The translations under genes were made by a program, and so were the position numbers. From Pseudomonadota bacterium (GTDB lineage: Bacteria > Bdellovibrionota > FAC87 > UBA2466): a stretch of DNA of 64,000 nt. Shown here in pieces: positions 47,786 through 57,967 of the stretch (position 1 is its first letter; each line of letters begins with the position of its first letter). The stretch is taken from positions 1-64,000 of the forward strand of contig JAYUGC010000087.1 in NCBI GenBank assembly GCA_043767805.1. Reading direction: 5' to 3'. The notes under the pieces are model-generated. The model was given only the letters and a program-made list of their open reading frames with translations, was not told the DNA's origin and did not search any database.

Positions 47786-48646
47786 GTGAAAATATCGCAA
47801 CGTCTCGCTTCTCTTTTGGCGCTAGCCGCCGTCTTGTTTTCAACTTCGTTAAAAGCGGAAGGAAGGGTTTATCCCACGTCGGATTTGAACGATCCTCTGG
47901 CCAATAAGGAACGCCGGGACGTTTCTTGGGGCGGAGTGCAGTGCGCGGTGAACACCCTGGTCCTTACGCTTTCGGGCGGGACCATCGCCGCGGCTCTCAC
48001 TCCCGACATGAGTAACCTTCTCTTCGGCCTCATCCGAGAGGAAATCGAAGCGGACCCAGCGAGCTTCGCGCTGCCCATGCCGATTGGTCAGCTTCAAGAC
48101 GCGTTTCATCTTTTACTCGAGCGGGTCTCCCAAAACCCGGGCCTCATCGCCAATACCGCCCTGGTCACCTTAATGAGCAAAGGCGGGGGACCTGGCGCGA
48201 TGGGGGGCATGAAACTTTTCTCCGACATCGCCGTCATCCGCACGCTCGCCGAATGCGGCATTACTTTGTATCGGGGCGTCGTTCAGCTTTCCAAAGACAT
48301 CCCGGCTCTCGTCAAAGACGTGAAAGCGATGCGGGCGAGTCAGATCGCGCTTAACCGCCGTTGCGCCGACTATGAAGGCTATACGGCTTGTAACCGAAAC
48401 TGTCTGGGCACCCGGCCCGCGCTGGAACGCTGGATTCCGAATTGCTCCCGCCACACGGACGCTTACCCCGAGGCTTTGAACGAAATCGCGGTCGGCCTGT
48501 TGCGAGCCTGTCATCAGGATTTCTGCGCGAGCCCGCGGCACCGCTGGAACCAGAAAAAGCTGCAGTGTCGCCTTGATGGAGTATCGGCCGAAGCGCTGGG
48601 TGGACGTCGCACGTCAGCTTGTTCGCGCATTTCGGAGTCCGCGTGA
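47786..48646 (+). CDS. Secreted hypothetical protein with Cys-rich C-terminus
   Basis: AGGAGG RBS, signal peptide, about ten Cys mostly in the last third. Confidence 0.7.
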   Translation: MKISQRLASLLALAAVLFSTSLKAEGRVYPTSDLNDPLANKERRDVSWGGVQCAVNTLVLTLSGGTIAAALTPDMSNLLFGLIREEIEADPASFALPMPIGQLQDAFHLLLERVSQNPGLIANTALVTLMSKGGGPGAMGGMKLFSDIAVIRTLAECGITLYRGVVQLSKDIPALVKDVKAMRASQIALNRRCADYEGYTACNRNCLGTRPALERWIPNCSRHTDAYPEALNEIAVGLLRACHQDFCASPRHRWNQKKLQCRLDGVSAEALGGRRTSACSRISESA

Positions 48647-48830
48647 AGCGCGCGGGCGGCAGCCTTTCGGTTGGCGGCGGGCAATCGCTGCAGGGCACTT
48701 CGCTCACGGTTCCGGGAGACACGTCTTCCGCGGCGTTTTGGCTCGCGGCCGGCGCCATCGTCCCCGGCGCGAAAATTTCCCTCTCCAATATTTTGCTCAA
48801 TCCCACGCGCACCGGCTTCTTCAAAGCTTT
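48619..48830 (+). pseudogene. aroA: Internal fragment of EPSP synthase
   Basis: FAHFGV...LTVPGDTSSAAFWLAAGAIVPGAKISLSNILLNPTRTG matches the AroA VPGDxSSAAF and LNPTRTG motifs; only about 70 codons; boundaries approximate. Confidence 0.8.
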
Positions 48831-49228
48831 GGCATGGTCTAGCGCCCAAAAACACGCTCCCCGCCCCCTGTTGACGAATTTGTCCACAGCAAACATACGC
48901 GCCGGGCCATTGATCGTAGCTGCGACGCGTTAATTCAGGTAAAAAGAAGGCGCTGAATTTTTTAAAAAAGCGGGCAGGGGCTAGTAAGGCCTTCTGCCCT
49001 TATTTATGCAAATTTTTTAATAATTTCGTTGAGGTAAGTAGTGTCCCACCCGTCAAATTTACAGAAAATTTGTCCCATGACGGCGGGCATTAACTCCCAG
49101 CAAACAGAGTTGGAACACTTAGTCCTTTTGGCCGGCCAAGCCCCTTGCCTCGGCACTTCGCGTTATGCGAAAAACACCGGACTTTTTTCGAAACCGATCC
49201 TATTTTCTGCTCACTCAGGGAGTTGTAC

Positions 49229-50350
49229 GTGACGCCGCCCACACCGGAACTAGTTCGCCAGAAGATCCATCACCAACGAGTTTTGCGGCAGGATCCGCTT
49301 TCCGCCCCCCAGACCATCGTTAACGAGCTTCCCGCGACGGCGGAAGACTTGAGCTTCGTCAACAACGCGCGTGAGTCCATTCAGAACGCGCTACTCGGCG
49401 GCGATTCGCGCCAGCTTCTGATTTTGGGCCCGTGCTCGATTCACGATAGGGAAGCCGCTCTCGAGTACGCTGACCGGCTTTCGCACTTGCAACCCCGGGT
49501 CTCGGAACACTTTCAGCTCATCATGCGCGTGTACTTCGAAAAGCCGCGCACCACGGTCGGCTGGAAGGGCTACATCACGGATCCGCACCTGGACGGCTCG
49601 GACGACATGGAGATGGGCCTGCGCAAAGCGCGCGAGCTCCTCTTGAAAATCACGCGCATGGGTCTTGCTTGCGCCACCGAGTTCCTCGATCCCATCGTTC
49701 CGCCTTACATCGCGGACTTAGTTACGTGGGCCGCCATCGGCGCCCGCACCACGGAAAGCCAGACCCATCGCCAGATGGCGAGCGGCCTTTCCATGCCGGT
49801 GGGCTTTAAGAACGCGACCGACGGAACGCTCCGCTCGGCTTTGAACTCGCTGCTCTCCGCGCGCCAGGCGCACACTTTCCTCGGCATCGACCCGAACGGC
49901 CGCACCGCCATCGTGCGCACCGCCGGCAACCCCGATGTGCATCTCGTGCTTCGCGGCAGCGAAGAGCAGCCGAACTACTCCGGTCCGCACATGGCATACG
50001 CCATGGCCGCCATTGGGACCTCCGGCCCCAGCCGCCCGATTCTCGTCGACTGTAGCCACGGCAACAGCAAGAAAGATTTCCGCCGCCAGGCCGATGTGTT
50101 CGACGACATCATCGATCAAGTGAACCGCGGCAACGAGCGCATTCTCGGCATGATGCTCGAAAGCCATCTTTTCGAAGGCCAGCAGAAGCTGACCGCTCCG
50201 AACACCCTGAAGTACGGCGTGTCCCTGACGGACGGTTGTATCAGCTGGGAAGCGACCGAACAGCTCGTGCTGCGGGCCTGCGATTCGCTCGCCCGCGCGA
50301 AACACTCGACGCGCCTGGAGTTCATGAACGGTCCCGGAGAGATGCCATGA
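49229..50350 (+). CDS. DAHP synthase, class I-alpha (AroF/G/H type)
   Basis: GPCSIHD, RVYFEKPRTTVGWKG, AIGARTTESQTHR, GFKNATDG, DCSHGNS, YGVSLTDGC; GTG after AGGGAG. Confidence 0.95.
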   Translation: MTPPTPELVRQKIHHQRVLRQDPLSAPQTIVNELPATAEDLSFVNNARESIQNALLGGDSRQLLILGPCSIHDREAALEYADRLSHLQPRVSEHFQLIMRVYFEKPRTTVGWKGYITDPHLDGSDDMEMGLRKARELLLKITRMGLACATEFLDPIVPPYIADLVTWAAIGARTTESQTHRQMASGLSMPVGFKNATDGTLRSALNSLLSARQAHTFLGIDPNGRTAIVRTAGNPDVHLVLRGSEEQPNYSGPHMAYAMAAIGTSGPSRPILVDCSHGNSKKDFRRQADVFDDIIDQVNRGNERILGMMLESHLFEGQQKLTAPNTLKYGVSLTDGCISWEATEQLVLRACDSLARAKHSTRLEFMNGPGEMP

Positions 50351-51357
50351 AGATCCTCATCGTTGGCGCCGGCGGCGTCGGCATGACGCTCGCGGCGCTC
50401 CTTACGGACGAGAAGCATTTGGTCAGCGTCATCGCGCGCGATCGGCACGTGAGCCGCATCCGTAAGCAGGGCATCCAGCTTTGGGGCTCCCTCGGCACGA
50501 TCTCGGCTCAGCCGGACCGCGCCGAAATCGTCGCCCGCGATCTTCCCGAAGAAGACTACGACTTGGTTCTGCTCACGGTGAAATCTTTCGATACCGCTTC
50601 CGCCATTTCGGCCTGCGAGCGGCTCATCGGACCGCGCACCACCATCGTCTCCGTGCAAAACGGCCTCGGTAACCTCGAAGCCATCGAAGCCATCGTCGGG
50701 CCCACGCAGCCGATCTTCGGTTGTGTCGCGCTTTTCGGCTGCGAGATCAGCGCGCCGGCCACCGTGCACATTTCGAGCTCCACTTGCGAAGCCAAGCTCG
50801 GGGCTTTCGGCCGCGCGGCGAGCTCTGGGCGCGAAGCTGCCGACAAACTTGCCGCGGCTCTGTCCGAAGCGGGCTTGAAGACCGTCGTCTCCGAGACTTT
50901 CCTGACCGACATGTGGGTTAAATTCATCATGAACACCATGACGAACGCCCTCTCCGCGGTGGAAGGCAAGACCCTCGCTGAGCTTTTCTCCGATGAGCGG
51001 ACCGTGACCACCATGGACGCACTTCTGGAAGAAATCTTTCCGGTGGCCGAACAGGTCGGTGTGCCGTTGCCGTGGCCCAGTCCGGCCGAGTTTTTGAGTT
51101 TCTATACGGCGAACATTCTTCCTCGCTTTGCAAATCACCGCACGTCCATGTCGCAAGACCTGGCGCACGGCCGCCGCACCGAGATCAGTGCTCTGAACGG
51201 GCATCTCGTAAAGCTCGCGCGTGATTTCAATACGCTTACGCCGGTGAATGCGTACCTCACCAATTTGGTTCAGAAGAAAGAGAGGCTCACCGCTTACCCC
51301 GTACGGTCCAAAGTCGCGACCGCCGGGAAACTTCGGACGGCGCAATATGCCGTATAG
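50347..51357 (+). CDS. Ketopantoate reductase family (PanE/ApbA) 2-keto acid reductase
   Basis: IVGAGGVG, LTVKSFD, VQNGLG, WVKF..N, TSMSQDL..GRRTEI..LNG; ATGA overlap with DAHP synthase. Confidence 0.9.
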   Translation: MKILIVGAGGVGMTLAALLTDEKHLVSVIARDRHVSRIRKQGIQLWGSLGTISAQPDRAEIVARDLPEEDYDLVLLTVKSFDTASAISACERLIGPRTTIVSVQNGLGNLEAIEAIVGPTQPIFGCVALFGCEISAPATVHISSSTCEAKLGAFGRAASSGREAADKLAAALSEAGLKTVVSETFLTDMWVKFIMNTMTNALSAVEGKTLAELFSDERTVTTMDALLEEIFPVAEQVGVPLPWPSPAEFLSFYTANILPRFANHRTSMSQDLAHGRRTEISALNGHLVKLARDFNTLTPVNAYLTNLVQKKERLTAYPVRSKVATAGKLRTAQYAV

Positions 51358-53410
51358 TTCGGATCACCCACGAGGCGACGAGCCCAAGACGCTCGTCGAA
51401 ATCCTGGGGCGCGCCGCGCTTCGTTTTCCGGAAAAGGGCATCACGTTCCTCGGCAACACTTCCGCCGAGAACAGGGCCGTGTCTTACGCCGCGCTTTGGG
51501 AAACGGCTGGACGTTGGCTCGCGGGCCTGCAAAAACAGGGCTTAAAGAGCGGCGATCGCGTGCTCTTCCAGCTCTCGGACAACGCCGACATGTTGACGGC
51601 TTTCTGGGCTTGCGTGCGGGGAGGGCTCCAGCCTCTCATCGGGCCGCTCGCTCCTTCTTACACGGAAGCGAATCTCGTCCTCGATCGCTTGAAGCACTCC
51701 TTCGGGCTCATGGAAGCTCCGGTACTCTTGACGCGCGAGTCGCTAGTCTCGTCGGTATCGCGGCTAACGGGCGGCAAGGCCGCGACCTTGACCATAGAGA
51801 CTTTGGAAATTGAAACGGCGGTGGCGCCCGCGTTCCGGCCTTCGCCCTCGGCTCCGGCTTTCTTCGTGCTTTCCTCCGGTAGCGGCGGAAAGACCAAGTG
51901 CGCGATCCTGACGCACGAAAATCTCATCGCGGCCCAAACCGGAGCGAACGTGAAAAACGGCCATACCTCCGGCGACGTCATCTTCAACTGGCTGCCCTTC
52001 GATCACGTCGGGGGCATGACCGACTGGCATCTGCGTCCCATGCTCCTCGGCTGTAATTTGGTGTATGCCCCCAAGGAGCTCATCATGAGCGCTCCTTTGA
52101 GCTGGCTCGATCGCATGGAAGGGTTCGTCGTAACCCATAGCTGGGCGCCCAATTTTGCTTACCTCGCCCTCGATCGCGCTCTCGATGAGGCGGGCGATCG
52201 CAAATGGGAGCTCTCGACCGCGCGTTTCCTACTTAGTGTCGGCGAGCCCATCGCGTACCGGGTGATCGAGTCCTTGAGCAAGAAGCTCGCGCCCCATGGG
52301 CTCCGCCCGTCGGCTTTGCGCGCGGCTTGGGGCATGACGGAGCTTTCCGGCGGCACGACGTACTCTTCACCCATCGAAGGCAGCCTTGCCAAACGGCACA
52401 CGGTGAACCGGCACGCGCTCGCGGCCGCTCACGTCCGCACGGTAGCGCCCGAGTCGCCGGATGCCGTGACGCTTCTCGATTTGGGGGGCCCCATTCCCGG
52501 CGTTTCCATTCGCATTGTGGATCCTCAAGGTAAAATCCTCGGGGAGAAAAGCGTCGGCCGAGTCGAAGTCGGCGGACCGGTGGTATTTCCCGGTTACTTG
52601 AACGATGCCGAAAGCACCCGCGCGGTACTTACGCCGGACGGCTGGTTCGATACGGGCGACATGGGTTACCTCGTCGACGGAAGCCTCGTGCTCGCCGGCC
52701 GCGAAAAAGCGATTCTTATCATCAACGGACAGAAGTTCTATTGTAACGACGTCGAGACCGCGGCCGAAGGCGCGCCCGGCGTGCGGCTATCCTCGACGGC
52801 AGCTTGCCTTGTCCGCACGGGAGACCAGTATGAGCGTCTCGCGATTTTCTTCGTTCCCAAAGACACGGAAACCGACGTGCGCACTATGGCGAGAGCCATC
52901 TGTGAACGTCTCACCCGTGAAATTGGCGTGACGCCTGAGCGCGTGATTCCGCTCGCGCCCCACGACGTGCCTAGAACCGCCATCGGCAAGATCGTGCGTC
53001 AGGAGCTCGTATGGCGTTATGCGGCCGGTCGTTATGAGAGCCTCCTCTTACAGGGCTCGGATCTGGTGGCTCGCCGTACGACGGGAACTCGCCGTCTCGA
53101 AGATCTCTCTCCCGTGGAAAGAGGGCTCGCGCGCCTCTGGCTCGAACTGCTCGGCGCGGGCGATCTCGCTCCGGACGATGATTTTTTCCGTCTCGGCGGC
53201 AATTCTCTTTTGGCGACTCGTCTCGTCGGTAGAATTCGTAAAGTATTCAACGTTGAGATGACCATAGCTTCGATCTTCCAGGCCCCCACGCTTTCGGGCA
53301 TGGCGAAAGCCATCCAGCAGAAGGAGGCGTCGAAGGGCCTCACCGAGAAAATTGCGTTCCTTTTGGATCGCATCTCCGCGGGACCCCAGGCGCAGGCGGC
53401 CCGCGTATGA
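51347..53410 (+). CDS. Adenylation-thiolation (A-T) loading didomain
   Basis: SSGSGGKTK, NWLPFDHVGG, WAPNFAY, WGMTE, WFDTGD, PRTAIGKI; carrier FFRLGGNSL. Confidence 0.9.
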   Translation: MPYSSDHPRGDEPKTLVEILGRAALRFPEKGITFLGNTSAENRAVSYAALWETAGRWLAGLQKQGLKSGDRVLFQLSDNADMLTAFWACVRGGLQPLIGPLAPSYTEANLVLDRLKHSFGLMEAPVLLTRESLVSSVSRLTGGKAATLTIETLEIETAVAPAFRPSPSAPAFFVLSSGSGGKTKCAILTHENLIAAQTGANVKNGHTSGDVIFNWLPFDHVGGMTDWHLRPMLLGCNLVYAPKELIMSAPLSWLDRMEGFVVTHSWAPNFAYLALDRALDEAGDRKWELSTARFLLSVGEPIAYRVIESLSKKLAPHGLRPSALRAAWGMTELSGGTTYSSPIEGSLAKRHTVNRHALAAAHVRTVAPESPDAVTLLDLGGPIPGVSIRIVDPQGKILGEKSVGRVEVGGPVVFPGYLNDAESTRAVLTPDGWFDTGDMGYLVDGSLVLAGREKAILIINGQKFYCNDVETAAEGAPGVRLSSTAACLVRTGDQYERLAIFFVPKDTETDVRTMARAICERLTREIGVTPERVIPLAPHDVPRTAIGKIVRQELVWRYAAGRYESLLLQGSDLVARRTTGTRRLEDLSPVERGLARLWLELLGAGDLAPDDDFFRLGGNSLLATRLVGRIRKVFNVEMTIASIFQAPTLSGMAKAIQQKEASKGLTEKIAFLLDRISAGPQAQAARV

Positions 53411-54648
53411 AGCAAAAGCCGGTCGTCTTCCGCAATTTCGATTTTCTGCGCCTTTGGCTCGGCCAGATCCTGAGTCAGTCCGGCACGCGCATGTATCAGA
53501 TCGCGGTCGTCTGGTGGCTGGTGACCTCCTCGCGCGCCGACTCCGGCAAAGTGGCCGCGCTCTTTCTCGTCCTTTGCGCACTTCCCGGCGTCCTTTTCTT
53601 AAAAGGAATCGGCCGAGTCGTCGATACCTACCGCACCCGTAGCGTGCTTCTCGCGGCGGACGGTTTGAATGCCCTCGTTGTCTTGTCCCTCTCCGCGATC
53701 CTTTATCGGTGGCCGGGCGTCCACGTCGGTGTGGTTTACGCCTGCGGCTTTCTCATCTCGCTCTTACAATCGATTACCGATCCCACGCTGACCAAAGCCG
53801 TTCCGGAAATCGTCGCTCCCGAGGACATTGAAAGCGCGACCGCCTTCCAGACTTCGACCATTTCGCTCGGTTATTACCTCGGTGCGGGGGCGGGCGCGTT
53901 TCTCATCGCTGCGCTTCACACGCCGGGAGTCATCGCCGTCAACGGGCTGACCTATCTGGCGTCCTTCCTTCTGGTTTTGTTCTCTCGTTTTCAGTACGCG
54001 CCTCCGGCACGGCCCCCCGCTACCGCCGAGAACTTGAGTGTTTCCGCTTGGAAGTACCTCGAGAAAAAGCCGCTCTTTAAGAAGCTTCTCATCGGCATGG
54101 GCTTTGCGAACTTCTTCTGCGTGCCGACGTTTTTGATTCTCCCCATCTACGTGAGCCGCGCCTTGCACGCGGAAGCATCGACGCTAGCTTGGATTGAGTC
54201 CGGCCTTTGGCTCGGCATTATCGCCGGCACCTACCTTTCCCGTAAGTTTCGTTTCACGGAGGATCCGGAGCGGCTCGGTGCGATTTGTGCTGTCGTGCTC
54301 GCTATCGGGCTTTTTGTTCCCGGCCTCTTCGTCAGCGTTCCGGTCTACTTCTGCATGATCTTCCTACAGGGCTTGGCCTTCTCCTTCATGCCGGTTCGGT
54401 TCATCCCGCTTTTTCATCAGGGCATTCCGCCCGAGATGAAAGGCCGGTTCTTCGCCCTCATGGGCTCGATCCTCACCGTCGCTCAGCCCATCTCGCATTT
54501 CGCGGCGGGAGCTCTGGCCGACGTTATGCCCGTGACGAACCTTTGTCTCATTCAAGGCGTTGGTACTTTGCTGGTGACGGCGTATTTCCTCGCTCCCAAG
54601 CCCGGTCCAAAGCCCGGAGCGCTCTCGGTGGGGACTGACCGTGGGTGA
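53407..54648 (+). CDS. MFS exporter (macrolide-efflux/EntS-like)
   Basis: DFLRLWLGQILS, GRVVDTY, about 12 TM, IPPEMKGR. Confidence 0.9.
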   Translation: MKQKPVVFRNFDFLRLWLGQILSQSGTRMYQIAVVWWLVTSSRADSGKVAALFLVLCALPGVLFLKGIGRVVDTYRTRSVLLAADGLNALVVLSLSAILYRWPGVHVGVVYACGFLISLLQSITDPTLTKAVPEIVAPEDIESATAFQTSTISLGYYLGAGAGAFLIAALHTPGVIAVNGLTYLASFLLVLFSRFQYAPPARPPATAENLSVSAWKYLEKKPLFKKLLIGMGFANFFCVPTFLILPIYVSRALHAEASTLAWIESGLWLGIIAGTYLSRKFRFTEDPERLGAICAVVLAIGLFVPGLFVSVPVYFCMIFLQGLAFSFMPVRFIPLFHQGIPPEMKGRFFALMGSILTVAQPISHFAAGALADVMPVTNLCLIQGVGTLLVTAYFLAPKPGPKPGALSVGTDRG

Positions 54649-57600
54649 GCTCGATTTCAATCTCGATGACGATCCGCTAGCGTTACTCAATGCGCTGCTT
54701 GCGGAAAATGCGGTGCCCACAAATCCTGGCATCCCGCTCCGTTTAAAATCGCCCGCCACCGCCGCGTCTTTCGCGCAACGCGGCCTCTGGTTCCTGAACC
54801 AACTGGACCCGGCGAACGCGGCTTACCACGTGCCTTTGATCTTCTCGATCGAGGGAGAGCTCAAGACGGACGTTCTCGCCAAAGCACTCGAAGCCTTGGT
54901 GCGGTTGAACGAGCCCTTGCGCACGGTATTTCGTCTCGAAGGCAGTGAGCTGCAACAAGTCGTACTCCCGGCGTTCTCCCCCGAATTAGCGCGTACGGAT
55001 TTGAGCGGGCTGACCAAGGAAGGCGCGGCCGCAAGCTTCCAGGCCCTCGCTTCTCGCTTAGGCGCCGAGACCTTTGATTTGGCGCGGGGCCCGCTGGTGC
55101 GCGCTAACTTCGTGCAAATCGAGCCGGGTAAACAAGCTTTGCTCCTGAATATTCACCACGCGGTCATCGATGCATGGTCGGGCGACTTGCTTTTCGCTCA
55201 ATTGATGGAGCTTTATCGTCGGCTTGAAGCCGGGCAGGCTTTACCTGAGATGGCTCTACTGCAGTACGCGGACTATGCGGAATGGCAGAGCACCGAGGAT
55301 AAAGACGGACGTTATGAGGCGTCTCTCGGTTATTGGAAAGCGAAGCTCGACGGCGTAACGCCGCTCGTTTTGCCGACCGACCGTCCGCGCGCGGGGGCTC
55401 GTAGCTCCAAAGGCGAGAAAGTCCGCTTCACGCTTCCCGCCGACATCGTTCAGAAACTGAACGAGCTCTGTCAGCGTGAAGGCACGACGCTTTTCGTCGG
55501 ACTTGTCACGCTCTTTAAGATTTTGCTTCACCGCCAGACCGAGCAGACGGATATCGTCATCGGGTCGGGAAGTGCCAGCCGCGGTACGCCGGAGCTCCTC
55601 GATATGGTCGGGCTCTTCCTGAACAACCTGGTGCTCCGCACCGATTTCTCGGGCGACCCTACGTTCCCCCAAGCTTTGGAGCGCGTGCGCTCGGTCGTCG
55701 TCGATGGGCTCAGCCATCAGGAAGTTCCTTTTGAAAAGATTCTGGGCGCGGTCGTCACCGAGCGCACCTCCGATCCCAACCCGCTCTTTCAGGTCGTCTT
55801 CACTTTCAATGAAAAGTCCGTACAGGAAGTCCGGCTTCCTTCGGCTTTAGTGACCCTTGCCGACCCGAACCTCGTCGAGGTTGGTTCGGCGAAGCACGAC
55901 CTCTCGGTCCATTGCTGGACGACGGGCGGCGCGGTGGAAGGTGTCTTCGAGTTCAGTCTCGATCTCTTCGATCGCGTTACGATCGAGGCGATGACCGCGC
56001 AGTTCGAGCGCATTGCCCGCCAAGCGGTGGACGGCTCGGCCCTTCCTGTCTCTCGCTACGAGCTGCTCGATCCGGCGGAGCGCGAAAAGATCTTAGTCGA
56101 ATGGAACCGGACGGAGCGCGCGGTTTCGGGCGAGACCTTTCTCGACGGTTTCTTGCGGTTCGCCCGTACGCAACCTGAGCTCGTCGCCGCGGTTTGCTGT
56201 CACGAGTCGCTTACCTACGGTGAGCTGCACGCAAAGAGCGATCGTTTGGCCGGCGAGTTAGTGCGCTTGGGCCTCACGCGCGAATCCCCGGTCGCGGTTT
56301 GTCAGGGCCGCACCACGGATCTTCTGGTCAGCTTCCTCGGCGTCCTCAAGGCGGGTGGCGCGTACTTGCCTCTCGATGCGGGCCAGCCGGCTCAGCGCTT
56401 AAAAGCCATGGTCGAGGTGGCGAAGCCTCACGTCGTGCTTTGTGACGCCGGAACGAGAGCACTCGCCGAACAACTTGGCGTGCCGGTTCTGTCTCCTTCG
56501 GAGCCGAGCCAAGGTTTGACCGAGCTTCCGCCTCCGCCGACTCCGGGTCAGCTCGCGTACGTCTTGTTCACCTCTGGCTCCACCGGAACTCCGAAGGGCG
56601 TCATGGTCGAGCACCGGTCGCTGGGTCACTTGGCCGACTGGGCGCGCGCGCAATACGATTTGAAACCGGGCGACCGGTGCGCGCTGCTCACCAATCTCGG
56701 TTTCGATCCCACCTTGGAAGAGCTTGCGGCTTATCTGTCGAGCGGCGTGACGCTTTATCTCGGTGGCGATCATTTACGTATTTCGCCGGACGAAATGCGG
56801 CAATGGCTCATCGACATGGGTATTACCATTTGTCAGCTGCCCGCGCCAATCTTGGAAACAATCGTTGATAAAGAGTTCCCGGCGAGTTTCCCGCTCCGTC
56901 TCTTTTTGACCGGCGGCGAACGGCTTCGCAAACGGCCGCACCTGAGCTCCCAGTTCGAAGTGGTCAATCGGTACGGACCCACGGAGTGCACGGTGTATTG
57001 CACGGAGCAACGGCTCACCCGTGTCGGCGACCGGCCTTTTTCCATCGGCCGTCCCATCGCCAATACCAAAGTTTATGTTTTGAATGCGCACCGCCAGCCG
57101 GTTCCGGCCGGCGTTAAAGGCGAGATATACGTGAGTGGCCTTTCGCTCGCGCGCGGCTACTGGAACGAGCCCGGCAAGACCGCGGATGCGTTCGTACCCG
57201 ATCCGTTTACCCCGGACGGCCGTTTGTACCGGACGGGCGATCTCGGACGTTTCACGAAGGACGGCGTTTTAGAGTTCTTGGGACGCGCGGACGGCCAGGT
57301 CAAGATTCGCGGCATGCGTATCGAGATCGGCGAGATTGAGACCGCCTTGAAGGCTTTCCCGGGCGTTAAAGACGTGCTGGTGCTCGCTCAGAAGCAAGCC
57401 TCCGGCGATTCGGCGCTGGTGGCTTACGTCATCTCGGACGAAGCCCAGGAAAACTCGTGGAGAACGTGGCTTCGCGCGCGATTGCCCGAGCCCATGGTTC
57501 CGGGCCGCTACGTTTCCCTGAAAATTTTTCCGCTGACGGCCAATGGCAAAGTCGACGTGCGAAAGCTTCCCGCTCCGAAGGAAGTTACCGAAGTTAGGGC

Positions 57601-57940
57601 GGTTTCCACCGCAGCTCCCGCCTCGGGAACGGCCGCGACTATCGCCCAAATCTGGGGCGAAGTGCTCGGCGGGACAAACTTCGGCACCGACCAGAATTTT
57701 TTTGATCTGGGAGGGCATTCTTTGTTACTCGCCCAGGTACAGAACAAGCTTGGAAAAGCCCTCCAGAGACCCGTCAAACTGACGGACCTCATCAAGTACC
57801 CGACGATTTCCGCGCTTGCGGAAGCCCTCGGGGGCGCCACTCCCGGAACGATCCGGAAGGAGCAAGCGGTCCTGTCCGACGCACGCCTTAGAGCGGAACG
57901 CCGAGCGAAGCTCTTAGGGTTAGGCGCCCGGGGCAAATAG
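54641..57940 (+). CDS. Single-module NRPS (C-A-T)
   Basis: SFAQRGLWFL, HHAVIDAWS, YADYAEWQ, FTSGSTGTPKG, YGPTE, YRTGD, NGKVD, FFDLGGHSL. Confidence 0.95.
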   Translation: MGELDFNLDDDPLALLNALLAENAVPTNPGIPLRLKSPATAASFAQRGLWFLNQLDPANAAYHVPLIFSIEGELKTDVLAKALEALVRLNEPLRTVFRLEGSELQQVVLPAFSPELARTDLSGLTKEGAAASFQALASRLGAETFDLARGPLVRANFVQIEPGKQALLLNIHHAVIDAWSGDLLFAQLMELYRRLEAGQALPEMALLQYADYAEWQSTEDKDGRYEASLGYWKAKLDGVTPLVLPTDRPRAGARSSKGEKVRFTLPADIVQKLNELCQREGTTLFVGLVTLFKILLHRQTEQTDIVIGSGSASRGTPELLDMVGLFLNNLVLRTDFSGDPTFPQALERVRSVVVDGLSHQEVPFEKILGAVVTERTSDPNPLFQVVFTFNEKSVQEVRLPSALVTLADPNLVEVGSAKHDLSVHCWTTGGAVEGVFEFSLDLFDRVTIEAMTAQFERIARQAVDGSALPVSRYELLDPAEREKILVEWNRTERAVSGETFLDGFLRFARTQPELVAAVCCHESLTYGELHAKSDRLAGELVRLGLTRESPVAVCQGRTTDLLVSFLGVLKAGGAYLPLDAGQPAQRLKAMVEVAKPHVVLCDAGTRALAEQLGVPVLSPSEPSQGLTELPPPPTPGQLAYVLFTSGSTGTPKGVMVEHRSLGHLADWARAQYDLKPGDRCALLTNLGFDPTLEELAAYLSSGVTLYLGGDHLRISPDEMRQWLIDMGITICQLPAPILETIVDKEFPASFPLRLFLTGGERLRKRPHLSSQFEVVNRYGPTECTVYCTEQRLTRVGDRPFSIGRPIANTKVYVLNAHRQPVPAGVKGEIYVSGLSLARGYWNEPGKTADAFVPDPFTPDGRLYRTGDLGRFTKDGVLEFLGRADGQVKIRGMRIEIGEIETALKAFPGVKDVLVLAQKQASGDSALVAYVISDEAQENSWRTWLRARLPEPMVPGRYVSLKIFPLTANGKVDVRKLPAPKEVTEVRAVSTAAPASGTAATIAQIWGEVLGGTNFGTDQNFFDLGGHSLLLAQVQNKLGKALQRPVKLTDLIKYPTISALAEALGGATPGTIRKEQAVLSDARLRAERRAKLLGLGARGK

Positions 57941-57967
57941 TTTTTTTGGTACGTTTTAGGGGATCTG

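Noticed and set aside
48880..48890. DnaA-box-like TTGTCCACA
   Set aside because: Single mismatched copy with no cluster of boxes
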